Notes: generated by a model not told the origin, from the letters alone. 43,470 nucleotides of DNA from Fidelibacterota bacterium UBA1611 (GCA_002321855.1 DCMX01000250.1:5692-49161); one strand, 5' to 3'; positions 19,441 to 28,980 are shown, counted from the first letter of the stretch. Numbers and translations are program-made.

Positions 19441-19713
19441 CTATTCAAACTGTGAACAGCAACAATCAGGTACAACTGTGGCTTCAGAGAATGTTTGATT
19501 CTCCATATCCATTTTAAAATTGATACAAGCTCCCAATTCTGCTGTCACACCGATTATTGCAAGATCGGCTATATCATCTACTTCCACTGTTTTGAAGAGA
19601 TAACCTTCATCTGAACTTTCCGCGCAATCATTACAAATATTTTCATTCTTATCAACACAGGATAAAAAGCATATTATGACCATTGGGAAAATTCTGTGCA
19701 ATGATTTTTTCAT
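19441..19713 (-). CDS. small Cys-rich lipoprotein
   Basis: Signal peptide plus lipobox (ICFLSC). Six further cysteines follow, including CNDC and a C-terminal CCC. Confidence 0.5.
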   Translation of the reverse strand: MKKSLHRIFPMVIICFLSCVDKNENICNDCAESSDEGYLFKTVEVDDIADLAIIGVTAELGACINFKMDMENQTFSEATVVPDCCCSQFE

Positions 19714-19757
19714 AATCCCCTTTTTCTACATATAAATATTATCCTTTTCATTCAATG

Positions 19758-20435
19758 TTATTTTCCCGGTTTTCGAGTACGTTCATATTGTTCCATGCGT
19801 GAAATAAAATCCTCCTCGTTCTTAGCTTGAAGTAGAGGACTGATCTCAATATTCTTTTCAACGGTGATAGATGGTTCTGGACCGTAATCGTGTCCGGGAT
19901 ATATCCTGGTCTGTGGTGGCAGGGGAATGATCTTATTATATACCGAATCATATAGGTCATTGATATTACTACGAGTACTAATAGTTCGTCCTGTCCGACC
20001 GACAAATAATGTATCCCCGGTAAAGATCACATTTTCAAGGGTGTAGCAGACCGAATCAAAATAATGCCCTGGTGTATGGATCGCACGCAGCTTTAGTCTT
20101 CCTACGGAAAATCTTGAGTCATTCTCAATAGGTTTGAATCCATCTACATCTAATATAGCTTGAGATTCTGGATGCCCAACTATAACAATATTGGCAAATG
20201 CCTGGGTATAATCATCAAGAAAAGCAATATGATCTCCGTGTGTGTGAGTTATTAGCAGTGCGACCGGTTCTGATCTGATAAATGGTTTGAGCCGGTCCAG
20301 CTTTATGGCCGCATCCACTATAATATGAATTCCTGTTTGCATGCAGGTGATGATATAGGCAAGATTTTTATCATATCCTCCGATAAAAGAACGAACAGCG
20401 AAATCAGTTGATGGCTTCATGAATTTCTCGAACAA
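19758..20435 (-). CDS. MBL-fold metallo-hydrolase (glyoxalase II-like)
   Basis: THTHGDH metal motif, with later HTPGH and GH/D ligands. Length of 225 aa is typical. Confidence 0.85.
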   Translation of the reverse strand: MFEKFMKPSTDFAVRSFIGGYDKNLAYIITCMQTGIHIIVDAAIKLDRLKPFIRSEPVALLITHTHGDHIAFLDDYTQAFANIVIVGHPESQAILDVDGFKPIENDSRFSVGRLKLRAIHTPGHYFDSVCYTLENVIFTGDTLFVGRTGRTISTRSNINDLYDSVYNKIIPLPPQTRIYPGHDYGPEPSITVEKNIEISPLLQAKNEEDFISRMEQYERTRKPGK

Positions 20436-20504
20436 TGTAATGAAAATATTCTTTAATTTGCGATATATGAATAAGGGAACCCAAGTTATTCTTATTAACT
20501 ACGA

Positions 20505-20699
20505 ATGAACTTTAATAATGAACAATTACCATGGTATTTAATTATAGGTGGTGCGTTAGTATTAGTAATTCGTTTGATCTGGAAAATATTGATATCATAT
20601 ATGACCGCTTTGGATTGGTTAGCTCTCATCGCCATTATAATTGGCACCGGTCTTTTAGTAATGGGGAATAGTGAGGGAAAACCTGATGATTCAGCTTAG
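20505..20699 (+). CDS. small two-helix membrane protein
   Basis: Two hydrophobic segments. It is the only ORF in this gap. Confidence 0.4.
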   Translation: MNFNNEQLPWYLIIGGALVLVIRLIWKILISYMTALDWLALIAIIIGTGLLVMGNSEGKPDDSA

Positions 20700-20744
20700 T
20701 GCATACCCCATTTTTAATTAATCCTTTTTAAATAAAATAACAAA

Positions 20745-21449
20745 ATGAATAATAAATTATTGATTGCGTTCTTTTATTTATTGATCATTAGTTGTGATAA
20801 CAAAGATGCTATCAAACCAGTGACCGATCTTAAGGATGGAAGTGATTCATCTAGTTATGCATTGGGTGCTGACCTGGGTGAAAATTTGAAAAAACAATAT
20901 GTAGAACTGGACTATGATGCATTTCTTACAGGTTTGAGATTCGGTTATGATAAGGGTAATGTGCCGTTACTAACAAAGGAAGAGCGCAAAGATGCGTTTC
21001 AGAAGCTGCAAGCATCTATACGCAATAAGCAGCAGGAACAATCCAAAGGGAACCTTAAGCTTGCGGAAGAGTTTCTTGAAAAGAATAAGACCAGTGACCC
21101 TGACATCAAAGAAACACCTACAGGTCTGCAATACAGAGTGATAAGGGAAGGTTCGGGTGGATCTCCTACATCTATGGACCAGGTCCAAGTACATTATGAA
21201 GGGCGTTTATTGGATGATACCATTTTTGACAGTTCTTACGAGAAAGATGAACCGGCTGTATTTAGGTTAAATAGGGTCATAAAGGGGTGGACGGAAGGGC
21301 TTCAGCTTATGACAGCTGGTGCAGAATTTGAATTTTTTATCCATCCTAAACTTGGTTATGGCCAAAGAGGGAACCAGAACGTTCCACCAAATAGTGCCCT
21401 GATCTTCAAAGTAGAACTACTGAAGATATTCGAAAAAAATATGAAATAA
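20745..21449 (+). CDS. FKBP-type peptidyl-prolyl cis-trans isomerase (Mip/FkpA-like, lipoprotein-type signal)
   Basis: VHYEGRLLDDTIFDSSYE...VIKGWTEGLQLM...PKLGYG is an FKBP domain. An N-terminal helical dimerisation-like region and an LIISC lipobox precede it. Confidence 0.9.
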   Translation: MNNKLLIAFFYLLIISCDNKDAIKPVTDLKDGSDSSSYALGADLGENLKKQYVELDYDAFLTGLRFGYDKGNVPLLTKEERKDAFQKLQASIRNKQQEQSKGNLKLAEEFLEKNKTSDPDIKETPTGLQYRVIREGSGGSPTSMDQVQVHYEGRLLDDTIFDSSYEKDEPAVFRLNRVIKGWTEGLQLMTAGAEFEFFIHPKLGYGQRGNQNVPPNSALIFKVELLKIFEKNMK

Positions 21450-21456
21450 GTTATAG

Positions 21457-21530
21457 TACCCCGGACAGGACTCGAACCTGTAACCCTCGCCTTAGAAGGG
21501 CGATGCTCTATCCAGTTGAGCTACCGGGGC
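21457..21530 (-). tRNA. tRNA-Arg (anticodon TCT)
   Basis: The reverse complement GCCCCGGTAGCTCAACTGGATAGAGCATCGCCCTTCTAAGGCGAGGGTTACAGGTTCGAGTCCTGTCCGGGGTA folds as a cloverleaf. The anticodon loop is CTTCTAA and the T-loop is GGTTCGAGTCC. CCA is not encoded. Confidence 0.9.
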
Positions 21531-21600
21531 AATTAAGATACTGGAAATTAGTTTTGGTTTAAGGTATGAAATTGCTAAAAAGGGTCTAAAACACCCCTAT

Positions 21601-21628
21601 TTTTCTCGTCGAGAGCTCGACGAGAAAA
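21601..21628. promoter_or_regulatory. 28-bp palindrome (operator-like), TTTTCTCGTCGAG-AG-CTCGACGAGAAAA
   Basis: Perfect 13-bp arms read directly. It ends 3 bp before the -35 hexamer. A third copy of CGTCGAGAG lies at 21665-21673, just after the -10. Confidence 0.5.
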
Positions 21629-21631
21629 TTC

Positions 21632-21661
21632 TTGACATCTACAGTAGAGAATGTGTACAAT
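21632..21661 (+). promoter_or_regulatory. sigma70-type promoter (TTGACA-N18-TACAAT)
   Basis: Consensus -35 at 21632-21637 and a near-consensus -10 at 21656-21661, about 75 nt upstream of the 21738 ATG. Confidence 0.6.
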
Positions 21662-21737
21662 TCCCGTCGAGAGGTTTAGGGAAAACTCTCTAACCAATAC
21701 CAAAGAACAAATCACACTAGGATAATGGAGGAATTTT

Positions 21738-21965
21738 ATGGCAGAAGTTGTAAAGAATACTGGAGTAACCAAGGAAAAGGGTTATTTGTATTATTTAGAT
21801 AAGCAGGGTGATGTTTCACGATCTCAGATGGCACGCGCCGGAAAAGGTGGCGGAAATGCAGAAAAAGTATCGACCGCAGGCGTGACTCGGGAATCTGGTT
21901 ATCTTTATTTCATTGATAAAAATGGTGATGTGGCTCGGGCTCCAATGGCTCGGGGTCGTAAATAA
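21738..21965 (+). CDS. 75-aa basic protein made of two copies of a 28-aa G-V-T-x-E-x-GYLY-x-x-DK-x-GDV-x-R-x-x-MARG-K unit
   Basis: GGAGG sits 6 nt before the ATG. Residues 9-36 and 48-75 form an internal repeat. A strong terminator follows the gene. Confidence 0.7.
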   Translation: MAEVVKNTGVTKEKGYLYYLDKQGDVSRSQMARAGKGGGNAEKVSTAGVTRESGYLYFIDKNGDVARAPMARGRK

Positions 21966-21982
21966 TCAGTTTTAGACCAAAG

Positions 21983-22013
21983 AAAAAGGCCCTCTATTGA
22001 GGGCCTTTTTTTT
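21983..22013 (+). terminator. rho-independent terminator
   Basis: GGCCCTC-TATT-GAGGGCC followed by T8, with an A-run on the 5' side. Confidence 0.85.
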
Positions 22014-22085
22014 CTTTAATAATTAGACAAATGTCTTAAATTACCTCGGTGTAATATTTATTACCTAGTAAGGTATGATTAGAAT

Positions 22086-22907
22086 ATGACAAATATATCA
22101 ATAAGAATGTGGTCTGCCTGGCTTGTGGCCGCGGCTATTCTCCTTTCGTCAGCGGGGATAATGGCTTTTGATGGTGATTCCCAGCTTTTCGGTAAAAAAG
22201 AAGATGAAAAAAATGTACCATTGAAAAAAGCCGAAAAGAAAATGGCGAAAAAAGCAGCTAATATTCAAAAACCACCGAAGCCGGGCCTTCCAAAACGGAA
22301 AAACATTGAATCGGTCATTCCAGTGAAAAGATTACCTAATGGCTGGGTCTTCCGTGATGAGCTTCTAGCTCCATGGTCCACAACTCTTCCTGCTGTTTTA
22401 ACCATTGTCCCGGATACTTCGGTCGAAGTGATCTATTCTGATGAATCTCGTACAACAAAGGACAATATTGTTCTTCCGATCAAGAGAGCAACAGTTGAAT
22501 TCCATTATATAACGCGTTTGACCACTGAGCAGATAACACTAGGGTTTGTAAATGTCGATTATGTATATAGTACCACCAATAATAGTGATTCGCACTACAT
22601 ACTTGAGAATGTTGTAAAAAAAATAAAGCTGAAAGATACTGGGTTTCCGCAATTAACAGCTGAAGATGTTATAAAGCATAAAGTATTAATGGAATATGGA
22701 ACGCCAAAAGAATTTGATGGTGTTTGGCATATTTATACAGATGGTAATTCTAAATTCAGAGTTCGAAAACTTGATGAACGGAATGTAAAAGTCGAAGTTG
22801 ATGGTTATAAGGTTGCAGAGTTACTGAATAAGGCCATTGAGGATGTGTATTCTCAACAGGGTATAGAGTATAAAAAGCGGCTCATGATGGATGGAATCGA
22901 TCTGTAA
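22086..22907 (+). CDS. secreted hypothetical protein with a Lys-rich linker
   Basis: Signal peptide (WSAWLVAAAILLSSAGIMA), a K/P-rich low-complexity segment and then a globular domain of about 190 aa. No motif recognised. Confidence 0.6.
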   Translation: MTNISIRMWSAWLVAAAILLSSAGIMAFDGDSQLFGKKEDEKNVPLKKAEKKMAKKAANIQKPPKPGLPKRKNIESVIPVKRLPNGWVFRDELLAPWSTTLPAVLTIVPDTSVEVIYSDESRTTKDNIVLPIKRATVEFHYITRLTTEQITLGFVNVDYVYSTTNNSDSHYILENVVKKIKLKDTGFPQLTAEDVIKHKVLMEYGTPKEFDGVWHIYTDGNSKFRVRKLDERNVKVEVDGYKVAELLNKAIEDVYSQQGIEYKKRLMMDGIDL

Positions 22908-24249
22908 CAGGTATTTTTTCAAAATCATTTATAATAAAAACAGGTCTTTAATAGGCCTTTTTTTATGCCTCCTATTTTTGCTATCCAACATATTTGGACA
23001 AGAAACCGATTCTTATAAGAACCCTGTCATTTCAGCAATTGACATTCAAGGATTACAGAATACTAAAAGATATATCATAGAAAGAGAGATACAACATCCA
23101 TTAAATATTCCTATCGATAGTAGCTTAGTTGAAAAAGATCGAAATCGGCTGGAAAATTTGGGTATCTTTAGTGAGGTGACCTGGAACGAATTACCATTAG
23201 AAGATGGGACCTCTATATTGAATTTTCGGGTAATTGAATCCATCAGTCTGCTACCAATATTTTCACCTGTTTACAATGAAGAAATGGGCTGGTTTTTAAT
23301 TCTGGGTACTAGATTAAACAATTTTCGGGGTCGGAATGAGAAATTATTATTAAGGGGAAGAATTGGAAATGTCAGTGCCTATGATGTGATTTTTAAGAAT
23401 CCCTGGTTCTTTGGGGACCATGTATCCATCGCTTTTAATTTTAGTAAGCAAATATTCGAACATTATTTTTTACCCTATCGGCAAGCTACGCGGGAGTTTA
23501 AAATTAATATTGGGAGATATTTTGGATATGAGAAACAACTGATTGCTGGTATTGAACTGAAAAAAAAAGAATATTTTGGACAGGACACGACCAGTTTCTA
23601 TTATTTGTCACCTGATTTAATTGCAGTTTATGATACAAGGGATATTTATAATGATCCAAGCAAAGGTATGTATATATTCTACTATGGGAAGTATTTTCGG
23701 CATTTAAATCAGATAGAACCGGAATCAACGATTGCTTGGACTCAATCATACAGTGCATACTATTCGCCGATAAAAGGAAAACGAAAGACTACCCTGGGTT
23801 TCAATCTGAATATTTCATCTATAACAGGGTTCCGAAATGAATATTGGCTTGGTTCTTTAGGTGGAGTTAATTCTGTACGGGGCTGGCGAATACCATCACG
23901 CGAAATATATAGTGACCAATCCCAATCATATCGATTTGGTTATTTAAGAGCTATATCATCCTTAGAAATTCGCCAGACCATAATTCCAAAATATGCATTC
24001 CAATCACCATCGTATTTTGGGCCAATAAGATCTGAATTAGGACTGCAGACAACATTATTCATTGATCTAGGTATAGCTGTGAATAATTGGGAAGATCTTA
24101 GTGACAGTGCTCCAATGATAGGAACTGGAATAGGAATTAGGATTCCGGTAGCTATTTCAGGGAATGTCCGTTTAGACTATGGCTGGTCATTTTATAATGG
24201 GGAATATATAGAGAGAGTTCTTCTATTTGGTATAGGTCAGAAGTTTTGA
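22891..24249 (+). CDS. Omp85/BamA-family outer-membrane protein with a single POTRA domain
   Basis: The POTRA-like segment is ISAIDIQGLQNTKRYIIEREI. A beta-barrel region with alternating pattern follows, and the C-terminal residue is Phe (GIGQKF). Confidence 0.85.
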   Translation: MESICNRYFFKIIYNKNRSLIGLFLCLLFLLSNIFGQETDSYKNPVISAIDIQGLQNTKRYIIEREIQHPLNIPIDSSLVEKDRNRLENLGIFSEVTWNELPLEDGTSILNFRVIESISLLPIFSPVYNEEMGWFLILGTRLNNFRGRNEKLLLRGRIGNVSAYDVIFKNPWFFGDHVSIAFNFSKQIFEHYFLPYRQATREFKINIGRYFGYEKQLIAGIELKKKEYFGQDTTSFYYLSPDLIAVYDTRDIYNDPSKGMYIFYYGKYFRHLNQIEPESTIAWTQSYSAYYSPIKGKRKTTLGFNLNISSITGFRNEYWLGSLGGVNSVRGWRIPSREIYSDQSQSYRFGYLRAISSLEIRQTIIPKYAFQSPSYFGPIRSELGLQTTLFIDLGIAVNNWEDLSDSAPMIGTGIGIRIPVAISGNVRLDYGWSFYNGEYIERVLLFGIGQKF

Positions 24250-24308
24250 ATCAAAATGACACAGGATCAAATTATCATGTGATGATGTGGATTTAATTAC
24301 ACAATTTT

Positions 24309-24803
24309 TCAAGTGGAACTGTTTAATAGGTTCACACCTTCATGATGGAGAAGTTTTTTCTTTAGATCAGGTCCACCCCCGTATCCACCTAATTCACCAG
24401 ATGATGTTATAACTCGATGGCAGGGAATGATAATAGGTATTGGATTTTTCGCATTGGCGTTGCCAACTGCACGAGCAGCTTTTGGGCTCTTAGTTTGAAC
24501 AGCAATATCCTGGTAAGAAGCAGTATGCCCAAATGGTATTTTACTGACTTCGCACAGGACTTTATTGAAATATGATGGTAGCATCAGATTGAATGGTACC
24601 ATGAATGCCCTTCTCTCTCCCGAAAAATACTGATTCAGCTCATCAAGAGCCTGTCGTAAGATATTTGATCGGTTTTTTATCGGGGTTATCGATATAGTTT
24701 GATAGTTTATCGAATTAGGAAGAAATATCCGATAGATCTCTTTTTCGCTGGCCTGTACTCCAAACTTTCCTAAAGGTGAATCGAGTGTGGCAAATTGAAT
24801 CAT
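24309..24803 (-). CDS. ogt: methylated-DNA--protein-cysteine methyltransferase
   Basis: Active-site motif IIPCHRVI and the helix-turn-helix segment TASYQDIA. Confidence 0.9.
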   Translation of the reverse strand: MIQFATLDSPLGKFGVQASEKEIYRIFLPNSINYQTISITPIKNRSNILRQALDELNQYFSGERRAFMVPFNLMLPSYFNKVLCEVSKIPFGHTASYQDIAVQTKSPKAARAVGNANAKNPIPIIIPCHRVITSSGELGGYGGGPDLKKKLLHHEGVNLLNSST

Positions 24804-24862
24804 TACGACAGATTATTTTAATTTGATATACTGTCGGATGATTTATTAACAGCAGAATAAAC

Positions 24863-25786
24863 TCATTGCTCAGGGTGCATCCTAACTAAAATGGAACTGG
24901 CAACAAATACACTTGAATAGGTTCCTACAAGTACACCAATTATCATAGCAAAAGAAAAATGATGAATCACTTCACCGCCGTAAAGATAAAGAGTAAACAC
25001 CACAAAGAGAGTAGTGATGGAAGTAATAATGGTCCGGCTCAAAGATTCATTTATACTTTGATTCACAACTTGAGACAATGTAACCCGTTTCATACTTTTT
25101 ACGTTTTCTCGAATCCGGTCAAAAATGACTATGGTATCATTTAAAGAATATCCTACGATCGTCAGGAATGCAGCAATCACAGCTAATGAAACTTCATATC
25201 CAAGAATTGAAAATACTCCTAAAGTTATGGCCACATCATGGGCTAAAGCAGCAATGGCCCCGATTGCATATTTGAATTCAAACCGTATCGATATATAGAT
25301 TAGAATAAGAGCTAACGCAGAAAATATTGCCATTACTGCTTTACCACTAAGCTCAGCACCTATCTTTGGGCCAACCTTTTCAATAGATAGGATAAAATCA
25401 TTCTCATTTTTAGGAACCAGATCAGGGAATATATTTTTCATTTTCGCTACAAATTTATTTGAGAATTGTTCTGGTTCATTTTCTAATGTTGGTAGCCGAA
25501 CTGCGACGTTCGATTCATCACCAAAGTGTTTGATCTCAGCCTGACTGAAATCAAAGTTCTGGCCGTCTATTGAGATATTGCCCAGAGCAGTTCGGACCTC
25601 ATTAATATCTACAGGTTCGGTGTAGTTCACTGCCACCATGGAGCCGCCCTTAAAATCAATGCTTAGATTTGGTCCCCTATTAATGATAAGTGAAATGATT
25701 CCAACCAGAATGAAGGTACTGGAAAGAAATCCTGCAATCCTAGATTTGCTCATAAAATCAATTTTGGTATCTTTAATTATTCGCAT
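24863..25786 (-). CDS. secF: protein translocase subunit SecF
   Basis: SecF topology and motifs (GYSLNDTIVIFDRIRE). It lies 1 nt after the secD stop. Confidence 0.95.
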   Translation of the reverse strand: MRIIKDTKIDFMSKSRIAGFLSSTFILVGIISLIINRGPNLSIDFKGGSMVAVNYTEPVDINEVRTALGNISIDGQNFDFSQAEIKHFGDESNVAVRLPTLENEPEQFSNKFVAKMKNIFPDLVPKNENDFILSIEKVGPKIGAELSGKAVMAIFSALALILIYISIRFEFKYAIGAIAALAHDVAITLGVFSILGYEVSLAVIAAFLTIVGYSLNDTIVIFDRIRENVKSMKRVTLSQVVNQSINESLSRTIITSITTLFVVFTLYLYGGEVIHHFSFAMIIGVLVGTYSSVFVASSILVRMHPEQ

Positions 25787-25787
25787 T

Positions 25788-27704
25788 TTATATGCTCAAA
25801 CTAGTAAGGTTTTTTCGGGATGTAATGGTGTTGAAAATGGTTCGTGTCACAAATACAGCTGTAAACATACTAATTAAAATGCCCCAGAATAGCACAGTAG
25901 CGAATCCTTTAATAGGGCCAGTACCAAACTGATATAATACCAAGGCGGCGATCACTGTTGTAACATTAGCATCAATAATTGTGGTTAATGCCCGATTATA
26001 ACCGGAATCTATTGCAGCTTTGGTGGTTTTACCTTTTCGCAGTTCTTCACGTATGCGCTCAAAAATAATAACATTGGAATCAATAGACATACCTACTGTC
26101 AGTATCAGGCCAGCAATTCCAGGAAGGGTGAGTGTCGCTTCCAGGGAAGCTAGGACGGCCAATACCAGAAAGATATTCCAGATTAAAGCAAAATCAGCAA
26201 TGGATCCTGAGATCTTATAATAAACCACCATGAATATCAGCACAATTGTCAATCCGATCAATACAGATTGTGTTCCCTGGGCAATGGAATCTGCACCTAA
26301 ACTAGGTCCTACGATTCGCTCTTCGATAATATTAACTGGTGCGGGAAGTGCCCCCGCTCGAAGGATAATAGCAATATCTTTTGCTTCATTAATATTAGCA
26401 AATCCTTCAATCTGAGTTCGACCACTAGGTATTTTCTCTCGAATGGATGGGGCCATATGGACCTTACCATCCAAAACAATGGAGATTCGTTCTCCAATAT
26501 TTGCACCAGTGACCCGGGCCCAGGTTCGAGAACCATCACTATTCATATTAAGTGAAACGACCGGTTGTCCCGCGCTCCCGCCCCCAAGCGTTCCTAGGCT
26601 TGCCTTTGCTTCGTCTACCACTCCACCGGTAAGCTCGGGCGTACGCTCCAGATAATATAGTCGGTAAATTTTTTCCTGAGATGGTGATCCCGGAACAGGT
26701 TTAGCTTCATGGCTGAACAGGAATTGCCCCATTGAAGATTTAAGCATAGACTGGACTTCATTTCTTGCCAATAGTTTTTTCAGTGCATAGACATTTTTCT
26801 CACTTACACCCATGTCGCCGGGCAAAGGTTCTATCAATGAGCGAAAAGGTGCATCGGCGAATATCTCACTTCCGGTGGACCTGCCAGAATCATCTTGAAT
26901 TGTTTCTGTATCGCCGAAGATCTCATCGACTGTTATACTTGCATCATCATCTTCATCATCCACCGTCTCAGTTTCCACTTTACTTTTTTCCTTTTGAAGA
27001 GATTTAGTCAGTTCAACCAATTCTTCTTCAGTTGTAGACTCTTTAAGTAGATCATCTATCTGTATCAGCATCTCATTGGTCACAGCCGAGTTCTTAACAA
27101 GATAAAATTCAAGTAAAGCGGTACTTTGAAGAAGTGAACGTGCTCTTTCAGAATCTTGGATTCCTGCTAACTCTACAAGAATTCGATGTTGACCCTGCTT
27201 TTGAATGGTAGGTTCGGAAACACCAAATTGGTCAACACGATTTTGTAATATTTCCAGGACGCGGTTAATAGCATCATTAGCTTCTTCTTCCAATTCGCTC
27301 AGTATCTCGTCTAGGCTTGAACCATATTCATGATAATATCGTGCTGGTTTTAATTTGCTGGACTCTATCTCCTGTCGAAAGACGGTAAAAAATTCTGTGT
27401 CTAGAAAATTAGATTTTTCAACAGTTCTGTTTAAAACAGCATCAAATCGATCATCGCGGTTGGTTGCCAGATTTTTCATCAAAGTCGGAATATCTGCTTC
27501 CAATACAATATACATACCACCTTTTAGATCCAAGCCTTGTCGAATGATCTTTGATTCAATAGTTTTTAAATCACCCGACTCTCGCAGTTCTTCTTTTTTT
27601 TCATCGGACATATTTTGGTATTGCCATGATGGCCAGAGGGTATAAATACCCCAAGCAAGAATTACACCAATAATCAAATATCTAGGTGTCAGGTTTTGTT
27701 GCAT
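25788..27704 (-). CDS. secD: protein translocase subunit SecD
   Basis: Motifs LGLDLKGG, GMSIDSNVIIFERIREE and a C-terminal 6-TM region. An acidic insertion (DDEDDD) sits in the periplasmic head. Confidence 0.95.
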   Translation of the reverse strand: MQQNLTPRYLIIGVILAWGIYTLWPSWQYQNMSDEKKEELRESGDLKTIESKIIRQGLDLKGGMYIVLEADIPTLMKNLATNRDDRFDAVLNRTVEKSNFLDTEFFTVFRQEIESSKLKPARYYHEYGSSLDEILSELEEEANDAINRVLEILQNRVDQFGVSEPTIQKQGQHRILVELAGIQDSERARSLLQSTALLEFYLVKNSAVTNEMLIQIDDLLKESTTEEELVELTKSLQKEKSKVETETVDDEDDDASITVDEIFGDTETIQDDSGRSTGSEIFADAPFRSLIEPLPGDMGVSEKNVYALKKLLARNEVQSMLKSSMGQFLFSHEAKPVPGSPSQEKIYRLYYLERTPELTGGVVDEAKASLGTLGGGSAGQPVVSLNMNSDGSRTWARVTGANIGERISIVLDGKVHMAPSIREKIPSGRTQIEGFANINEAKDIAIILRAGALPAPVNIIEERIVGPSLGADSIAQGTQSVLIGLTIVLIFMVVYYKISGSIADFALIWNIFLVLAVLASLEATLTLPGIAGLILTVGMSIDSNVIIFERIREELRKGKTTKAAIDSGYNRALTTIIDANVTTVIAALVLYQFGTGPIKGFATVLFWGILISMFTAVFVTRTIFNTITSRKNLTSLSI

Positions 27705-27736
27705 ACGATTATTTAATTCAATATATCAAACTATTC

Positions 27737-27762
27737 AAAAAAAGCCCGGGAATTTACCCGAG
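27737..27762 (-). terminator. rho-independent terminator downstream of kbl
   Basis: The minus-strand RNA is CUCGGG-UAAAUU-CCCGGG-C-U7. Confidence 0.6.
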
Positions 27763-27795
27763 ACCTTTAGCTCGGGCAACCATCCATAATTAATA

Positions 27796-28980
27796 TTATA
27801 CAACTTTTAGTTTTTTCCCGACCTTGTGAAAAACAGCAATTGCCTTGTCGAGTTGATCACGTTCCATACCAGCAGAGATCTGGACTCGAATTCTGGCTTG
27901 ACCTTTGGGAACAACTGGGTAATAAAAACCAATGACATAAACTCCTTCCTTCAACATTTCTAAGGCCATGCTTTGTGCCAATGCTGCATCGAATAGCATG
28001 ATCGGTACAATGGGATGAACACCATGAAGAATATTAAAGCCCGATTCATCCATTTTTCTCCTGAAATAAAGCGTGTTCTTCTCCAGTTTGTCTCGCAGTT
28101 CTGTTGTAGCTGAGAGCATTTCGAATACTTTGATTCCTGCTGCAACAATAGATGGCGCTACAGTATTAGAAAATAAATAAGGTCGAGATCGTTGCCGTAA
28201 TAAATCGATTATCTCCTTTCTTCCGGTTGTAAATCCACCCGATGCACCGCCCAGAGCCTTACCTAATGTTGACGTATAAACATCAATTTTATCCATGACA
28301 CCACAATACTCTGCTGACCCGCGCCCGGTTTTTCCTATAAATCCTGTCGCATGAGAGTCATCAACCATTATCATAGCTTCATATTTTTCCGCGAGGAGAG
28401 TGATCTTATATAGTTTGGCAATAGTACCATCCATGGAAAAAACACCATCAGTAGCAATAAGTCGATGTCTTGCATCCTTGGTTTTTTTCAGTTGGTTTTC
28501 GAGATCAGCCATATCACTATTCATATACTGATAACGTTGTGCTTTACACAGCCGAATTCCATCAATAATGGATGCGTGATTCAGGGTGTCGCTGATTATA
28601 GCATCGTCCGGACCAAGCAATGTTTCAAAAAGACCACCATTCGCGTCAAAACAAGAAGTATATAGGATTGTATCATCCGTCCTAAAAAATTCTGATATTT
28701 TCTGCTCTAAATTTTTATGAAGGTCTTGCGTACCGCATATGAAGCGTACCGATGACATCCCAAATCCGTGGTCATCCAGTGCTGTCTTCGCTGTATCTAT
28801 GATCTCTGGATGGTTGGATAGACCAAGGTAATTGTTGGCACAAAAATTCAAGACCTTCCCACCTTCGATCGTATCAATGATCACTCCTTGTGGTGTAGTG
28901 ATTGTACGTTCATCTTTATAAAGGCCTTCAGCCTTGATTTGATTTAGTGTGTGTTTAAAAAATGATTCAGGAAAAGTCAT
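27796..28980 (-). CDS. kbl: glycine C-acetyltransferase (2-amino-3-ketobutyrate CoA ligase)
   Basis: Near-colinear similarity to remembered E. coli Kbl: [66 protein letters not shown]. Confidence 0.95.
   Translation of the reverse strand: MTFPESFFKHTLNQIKAEGLYKDERTITTPQGVIIDTIEGGKVLNFCANNYLGLSNHPEIIDTAKTALDDHGFGMSSVRFICGTQDLHKNLEQKISEFFRTDDTILYTSCFDANGGLFETLLGPDDAIISDTLNHASIIDGIRLCKAQRYQYMNSDMADLENQLKKTKDARHRLIATDGVFSMDGTIAKLYKITLLAEKYEAMIMVDDSHATGFIGKTGRGSAEYCGVMDKIDVYTSTLGKALGGASGGFTTGRKEIIDLLRQRSRPYLFSNTVAPSIVAAGIKVFEMLSATTELRDKLEKNTLYFRRKMDESGFNILHGVHPIVPIMLFDAALAQSMALEMLKEGVYVIGFYYPVVPKGQARIRVQISAGMERDQLDKAIAVFHKVGKKLKVV

Noticed and set aside
21601-21628. The 28-bp palindrome as a rho-independent terminator for the tRNA or a neighbouring gene.
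   Set aside because: The T4 and A4 runs are part of the paired arms, not a trailing U-tract, on either strand. The palindrome also lies upstream of both divergent genes, not downstream of either.
23560-23568. A9 tract inside the Omp85 gene as a phase-variation switch.
   Set aside because: A8/T8 runs also occur in parA (30573-30580) and secD (27594-27601). They appear to reflect the AT-rich composition, not contingency loci.
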